DNA of 64,000 nucleotides from Macrostomum lignano (taxonomy: Eukaryota), in assembly GCA_002269645.1 (NCBI GenBank), contig NIVC01000135.1:62001-126000 (forward strand). The letters run 5' to 3'. A program made the position numbers and the translations under genes. The notes beneath the pieces were generated by a model that saw only the letters and a list, made by a program, of their open reading frames with translations, was not told the origin of the DNA and did not search any database. Shown piece by piece: positions 58,495 to 64,000 of the stretch (positions within the stretch are counted from its first letter, which is position 1; each line of letters starts with the position of its first letter).

Positions 58495-58760
58495 AGTTTC
58501 TACTGTAAGGACTCCATTATAGGAGTTTCTACTGTAAGGACTCCAGTATTGGAGTTTCTACTGTAAGGACTCCAGTATTGGAGTTTCTACTGTAAGGACT
58601 CCAGTATTGGAGTTTCTACTGTAAGGACTCCAGTATTGGAGTTTCTACTGTAAGGACTCCAGTATTGGAGTTTCTACTGTAATGACTCCAGTATTGGAGT
58701 TTCTACTGTAAGGACTCCAGTATTGGAGTTTCTACTGTAAGGACTCCAGTATTGGAGTCG
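58495..58760 (+). repeat. 29-bp tandem repeat GTAAGGACTCCAGTATTGGAGTTTCTACT
   Basis: About 9 contiguous copies with no spacers. An inverted copy lies at 58136-58172. Confidence 0.92.
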
Positions 58761-59927
58761 TATTGGAGATTAATGTAGAAGTACATATGTACTGTGTACA
58801 TATACAATTGGGGATAGTCATGTACAGCTACAATTTGGGATTAATGTACATATACGAGTACATGAATTATTGTACATGGGATTAACATGTAGTATTGTTT
58901 CGAGTTGTACATGTAATCTTGGTACGCGCGCGGGCCGGCTGGGGAGGACACTGTTACATGTAGAAGTAGATTAATGTAGATCCCCAGGGCCGGAATCATG
59001 GCCAGATCATGGATGATCCATGCATGCACCCATCCATGCATCATCCCTGATCATCTATGGACCGATCCATGTTCATAGATGGTTTCATGCTCATTCCATG
59101 GATGGCAGAATAGCCATACATGATCATCGATGTATTACTGGACATACATACATGGACATACATGTCATACATGGACATGTATGATTGTTAATTCTGGCTG
59201 TATATACTACTCGTTAAGGCACATTTGAGTTTTAAAGAAATAACCCAAAGAACTATAGCTCAAATTTCAGAACAAGACCTGCAACATACAATAATACTTC
59301 AGGCACTACTTTAAGGTATAACTTAGAATCAACCATTGGCACTATCATCATCATCATCTTCTTCTTCTTCTTCATCATCATCATCATCATCATCACTTCA
59401 TCATCATCATCATCACAATATACTAAATCTCTAAAGTTTGACCGGTATTCAAGTCTACAGCCTGAATGCCTGAACCGATTTTTTTCAAACTTGCTTTATT
59501 CAACTCAAAATTCTTGTGAGATTGTGTGGGTGTAATTGCATTGAAAAATTCGAATGAGAAGTTGGTTAAATATTCGAAACGAGTTTTCCCAATGCTTTCA
59601 ATGGGAGGCTAGAAAAGGTCAAAATCTCACTAACTGAATAGCAATTCCAATTAAGATTGCGCCACAACTTTTCTCTGTTCACTGTGTACGCCTCAATACT
59701 GGCTGCAATAGGGGAGAGTAAAATAATGCTCAGTGGCTGCGTGTGTACATTCTGACCCTGGCTGACTGGCGGACTGCATAGACAATTGCTATTAATAGAT
59801 TTCACTCAACTGTGCATTGGCTCTGCCTGCACAACCTGTGCACACTGAGCAGCCTATCACTGCTATGTATTTGACTGCAGTGCCGAAGCATATATGGCTG
59901 ATTTTTTGCGCCCTCCGATCAGTAGGC

Positions 59928-60000
59928 GGAATAGCCACAGTGTAGGCACTAGGACTAGGTTTAGGCTAGGCATAAGGTCCAAGGTTCGAGTCCGCCTCCC
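59928..60000 (+). other. tRNA-like Pol III A/B-box cassette (second copy at 62446-62515)
   Basis: TAGCCACAGTGTAG ... GGTTCGAGTCC. Confidence 0.45.
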
Positions 60001-61059
60001 CAGCGGATAATTAAAATTAAATAAATTCATTCATTAGTAGCTTCTGCCTCGACTATTTTGAACATTTTTAGAATAATTTTTTGCTACTCGCACAAGCCAG
60101 TAAGCAAATTTGATTTGATTTGAAAAATCCAAAGATCCCATTAATTGTTATTATCTAGGTCTATAGAAGTAGATATTACTAAACTGCAGATGATGCTGCT
60201 AAACTGCTGAGGTATTGCTAAATGCTGAGTGGTGCAAAAGATTGCCGATATGTGTCGAAAATCTATTAGTGAGCCATAAAATGCTGAGCAAATTTTTAAA
60301 TCATTGAAAAGATCATTGCAGTTTGCTGAAAATATTGAGGGGCCAGCTGAGAGAACTGCAGACTGCTGAGGGGATAAATGAGAATTATTAAGGAAACACT
60401 TGCTGACTGCAAATTAATTGACTGCAGACTACTGAGGGGAACTGCAGATTGTTGAAAGGATCATTGCAGACTGCAAAGGGGACAAACTGCAAACTCCTGA
60501 CGTCGGTTAGTTTCTCGAGACTTATGAGCGTATAAGCTGCAAACTGCCGAGGGGATAGCTGCAGACTGCTAGGATAATAATGGCAGACTTCTGAGGCGGA
60601 TATCTAACTGTGAATAATTGTAGCTTGCAGAAGGGACAATTCTGGGTCCCTGAGGGATAAATGAATAATATTAATAAAAGTTGTAGAGTGCAAATGAGTT
60701 GTATGACTGCAGTCTGTTTTGCGGAATTAGAAGGGATAATTTCAGGTTGTTGTGGGGATAACTGCCAATTTCTGGGGAGGGTTTAACTTTAAACTTCTGA
60801 GGCGATAATAGTAGTCACCTTTTAGCAGTTTGGGAGTGGTGCTAATCTGGGGAGCGGTGCTAATCTAAGGGAGTGGGGCTAATATAAAGGAGTGGGGGGG
60901 CTAATATAAAGGAGTGGGGGGCTAATCTGGGGGATTGGGGCTAATCTGGGGGATTGGGGCTAATCTGGAGGAAGTAGCGGTGCGAATTTTTGCGGAGTGG
61001 TGCAAATCTGGGAAGGTGAAACTATCTGGGAAGCGGCGGTAATCTGTGGAGCGGTGCTA

Positions 61060-61590
61060 ATCTAGGCTGAGTGCTAATCTGGGCTGAGTGCTAATCTGGG
61101 CTGAGTGCTAATCTGGGCTGAGTGCTAATCTGGGCAGAGTGCTAATCTAGGCTGAGTGCTAATCTAGGCTGAGTGCTATCTTAGGCTGAGTGCTAATCTG
61201 GGCTGAGTACTAATCTAGGCTGAGTGCTAATCTGGGCTGAGTGCTAATCTAGGCTGAGTGCTAATCTAGGCTGAGTGCTAATCTAGGCTGAGTGCTATCT
61301 TAGGCTGAGTGCTAATCTGGGCTGAGTGCTAATCTGGGCTGAGTGCTAATCTGGGCTGAGTGCTAATCTGGGCTGAGTGCTAATCTAGGCTGAGTGCTAA
61401 TCTGGGCGCAGTGCTAATCTGGGCTGAGTGCTAATCTAGGCTGAGTGCTAATCTGGGCTGAGTGCTAATCTGGGCTGAGTGCTAATCTGGGCTGAGTGCT
61501 AATCTAGGCTGAGTGCTAATCTGGGCGCAGTGCTAATCTGGGCGTAGTGCTAATCTGGGCGCAGTGCTAATCTGGGCGCAGTGCTAATCT
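61060..61590 (+). repeat. 17-bp minisatellite GGGCTGAGTGCTAATCT
   Basis: About 30 copies inside the Helitron-like unit, with degenerate flanks. Confidence 0.93.
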
Positions 61591-61959
61591 GGGGGAAGTG
61601 GGGCTAATCTGGGGGTGTGCGGCTAATATGGGGGGAGTAGTGCTAATCTGGGGGAAGTGGGGCTAATCTGGGGGTGTATGGCTAATGTGGGAGAATAGTG
61701 CTAATCTGGTGAGGATTTGAAAATAACGAATAATCATAAAATAACTATAAATGAATTGACATTACAAAGTTTCAAACATTAGGAAATGTAACATTTTAGA
61801 ACTTTTTAGTCTCAGTAAAATTGGTGTACAACTGCTTAGAGATTTGCTACTGCAGAACTGCTCAGAGATTAGTGAGATTTGCTCAGCGACTGTGCAAAAC
61901 TGCTTATAGACAAGCGCTAAACTGCTAAGAAGCCACCCGGAGGGGGGCTAAATGGCTAG

Positions 61960-64000
61960 TCACAATATACTAAATCTCTAAGATCTGACCGGTATTTCAG
62001 TCTACAGCCTGAATGCCTGAACCGATTTTCTTCAAACTTGCTTTATTCAATTGCAAATTCTTGTGAGATTGTGTGGTTGTAATTGCATTGAAAAATTCGA
62101 ATGGGAAGATGATTAAAAATTCAAAAAACGAGTTTTCCCAATGCTTTTAATGGGAGGCTAGAAAAGTTCAAAATCTCACTAACTGAATTTCAATTCCAAT
62201 TAAGATTGCGGCACAACTTTTCCCTCTTCATTGTGTAGTAGGCCTCAGTACTGGATGCAGTGTGCAAGGGAGAGAAAAATGCTCAGTGGCGGCGTGTGTA
62301 CATTTTGCTCTGGCGGACTGCATAGACAATTGCTATTTAAAGATCTCACTTAATTGTGCATTGGCTCTGCCTGCATACAACATGTGCACACTGAACAGCC
62401 TATCAATGCTATGTATTTGACTGCAGTGCCAAAGCATATATGGCTGAGTAGCTGCAGTGTAGGCACTAGGACTAGGTTTAGGCTAAGCGTAAGGTCCAGG
62501 GTTCGACTCTGCCTCCTTGGTGGATGATCAAAATTAAATTTATTCATTTATAGCTTTCCCTCAACTAATTGGAATATTTTTGTTGAATTCGCAAGGCACA
62601 CTTAATGAATAATTTTTGCCATATACAAAATTATTCAAATTCTCTAAGCAAATTTGATTTGTAAAAAAACTGCTTCGAGCATTACTTATCGCATCAATGG
62701 GTATTGCCTACTAGCTCCAAGAAAGTATGAAATTGCTAAGCTGCTGAATTGGGTGAAAAATGAATTGGCTGAATTGGGAAAAAAACTGCCGATATGTATC
62801 AAAAATTGATTAGTGAACTGTAATAAATGCTGGGAAAAAATTAAGATTCTTGAAAGGATCCTTTATTTCAGTTTGATAAGTATACTGAGGAGCCCGCCGA
62901 GAGGAGAACTGCAGACTGCTGAGGGGAACTGCAGATTGGCGAAAGGATCATTCATGCAGACTGCAAAGGGGACAAACTGAAAACTGCTTAGGTAGTTCTT
63001 CCAGACTTATAAGGCTATAGCTGCAAACTGCTGAGGGGGACTGCTTCGAGGATTGGTAGACTTCTGAGCTGTTGTTTGCTGAGGGGACAGTTCTAGGCTG
63101 CTGAGGAGATAAATGCTTAATAATTGTTATAGACTGCAAGGGGATAACTCCAAGCTGCTAAGTTAATGACTGCAGTCTGTTTTGTAGGATTAGAAGGGAT
63201 AATTTCAGGTTGTTGTGGGGATATCTCAGGAATTGCTAAGATGTACTGGCTCTTTGGGGCAATTTCTGAGATTTTAAGGCCCTTGGAGCATTGCTGATAT
63301 GCCATGTCTTACTGGAAGAATTGCTTGAATTGAGGTTTCAAAGACTTATGAGGGGAAGTGTTGAGATTACAAAGCTGAAGGGGGGAAATGCTGCGATTGC
63401 TTTCTTTTGGGGATGCTTGCTATTTAGGAATTTAAAATGCGTATTTGTGCCAAGACTGCCGATATGTATCGAAAAGTAGTGAACCGATTAGATAATCGTA
63501 CTAAATTGTTAGCAAATTTTTTTTGTAGAAAATATCATTGCAGTTTGCTAAGCAGGAGACTGAGAAGCTGGCCAACAGGAGAACTGCAGATTGTCAAAAG
63601 GATCATTCATGCAGACTGCAAAGGGGACAAACTGCAAACTGCTAAGGTAGTTCCTCCAGACATTTCGATCATATCGTCTGAACGATCATATCATAGATGT
63701 AAAGATGTGAGATGTGCAGACGGAGTTCCTCCAGACCATATTCAGAAGCAATGATATGATCTTTGCTCCAGACTTATGAGCGTATGGCTGCAAACTGCTG
63801 AGGTGGTAATTGTGGACTACTGTGGACTGCTGAGTAAATTATTGTTTGCTGTTGGGACAACTCTAGGCCGCTAGAATGACTGCAGTCTGTTTTTTGGGAT
63901 TGGAAGGGATAATTTCAGGTTCTTGTGGAGACATCTCAGGAATTACTGAGATGTCAAGGCTTACTGGTTGAATTGCTGAGATGTCATGGCTGTTTGGGGT
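61960..64000 (+). mobile_element. Next head-to-tail copy of the second Helitron-like family (runs off the window)
   Basis: Junction CTAG|TCACAATATACTAAATCTC. Colinear with 59413 onward but diverged. Confidence 0.78.

Larger units (their letters stand above)
59413..61959 (+). mobile_element. Non-autonomous Helitron-like element, second family
   Basis: Starts A|TCACAATATACTAAATCTC...AACCGATTTTTTTCAAACTTG. Ends with hairpin GCCACCCGGAGGGGGGC then CTAG. Confidence 0.78.

Noticed and set aside
58495-58760. CRISPR-like palindromic 29-bp repeats
   Set aside because: The units are contiguous with no unique spacers, there are no cas genes, and the context is eukaryotic.

Overview
This is repeat-dense eukaryotic (metazoan) DNA: GT-AG introns, TTAGGG tracts, and no prokaryotic features. 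The GTGAGT donors and the secreted PAN/FReD/WSC genes suggest an invertebrate such as a flatworm, but that is inference only. From left to right the window holds: (1) a 5-exon secreted PAN-PAN-fibrinogen-domain gene; (2) an apparently intact Ngaro/DIRS-type tyrosine-recombinase (YR) retrotransposon with split direct repeats; (3) a WSC-PAN pseudogene; (4) a deleted Tc1/IS630-like element and a P-element-like transposase pseudogene; (5) an intron-containing zinc-finger + YR gene (Crypton-like); (6) a 12.5-kb head-to-tail array of non-autonomous Helitron-like units carrying satellites, tRNA-like cassettes and (TTAGGG)n, inserted into an antisense Helitron-like element; (7) an inverted duplication of a SAP-domain Ngaro ORF1 with an RTE-like LINE fragment between the arms and a full-length Gypsy LTR element in one arm; (8) a (Pro-Gln-Gln)n ORF; (9) a second tandem Helitron-like family. 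The most interesting candidates are the Crypton-like ZnF-YR gene and the Ngaro element's predicted expression scheme: a -1 frameshift to make Gag-RT and an in-frame splice fusing the SAP/coiled-coil N-terminus of ORF1 to the ATG-less recombinase. All family assignments come from motif reading by eye; no database search was run.
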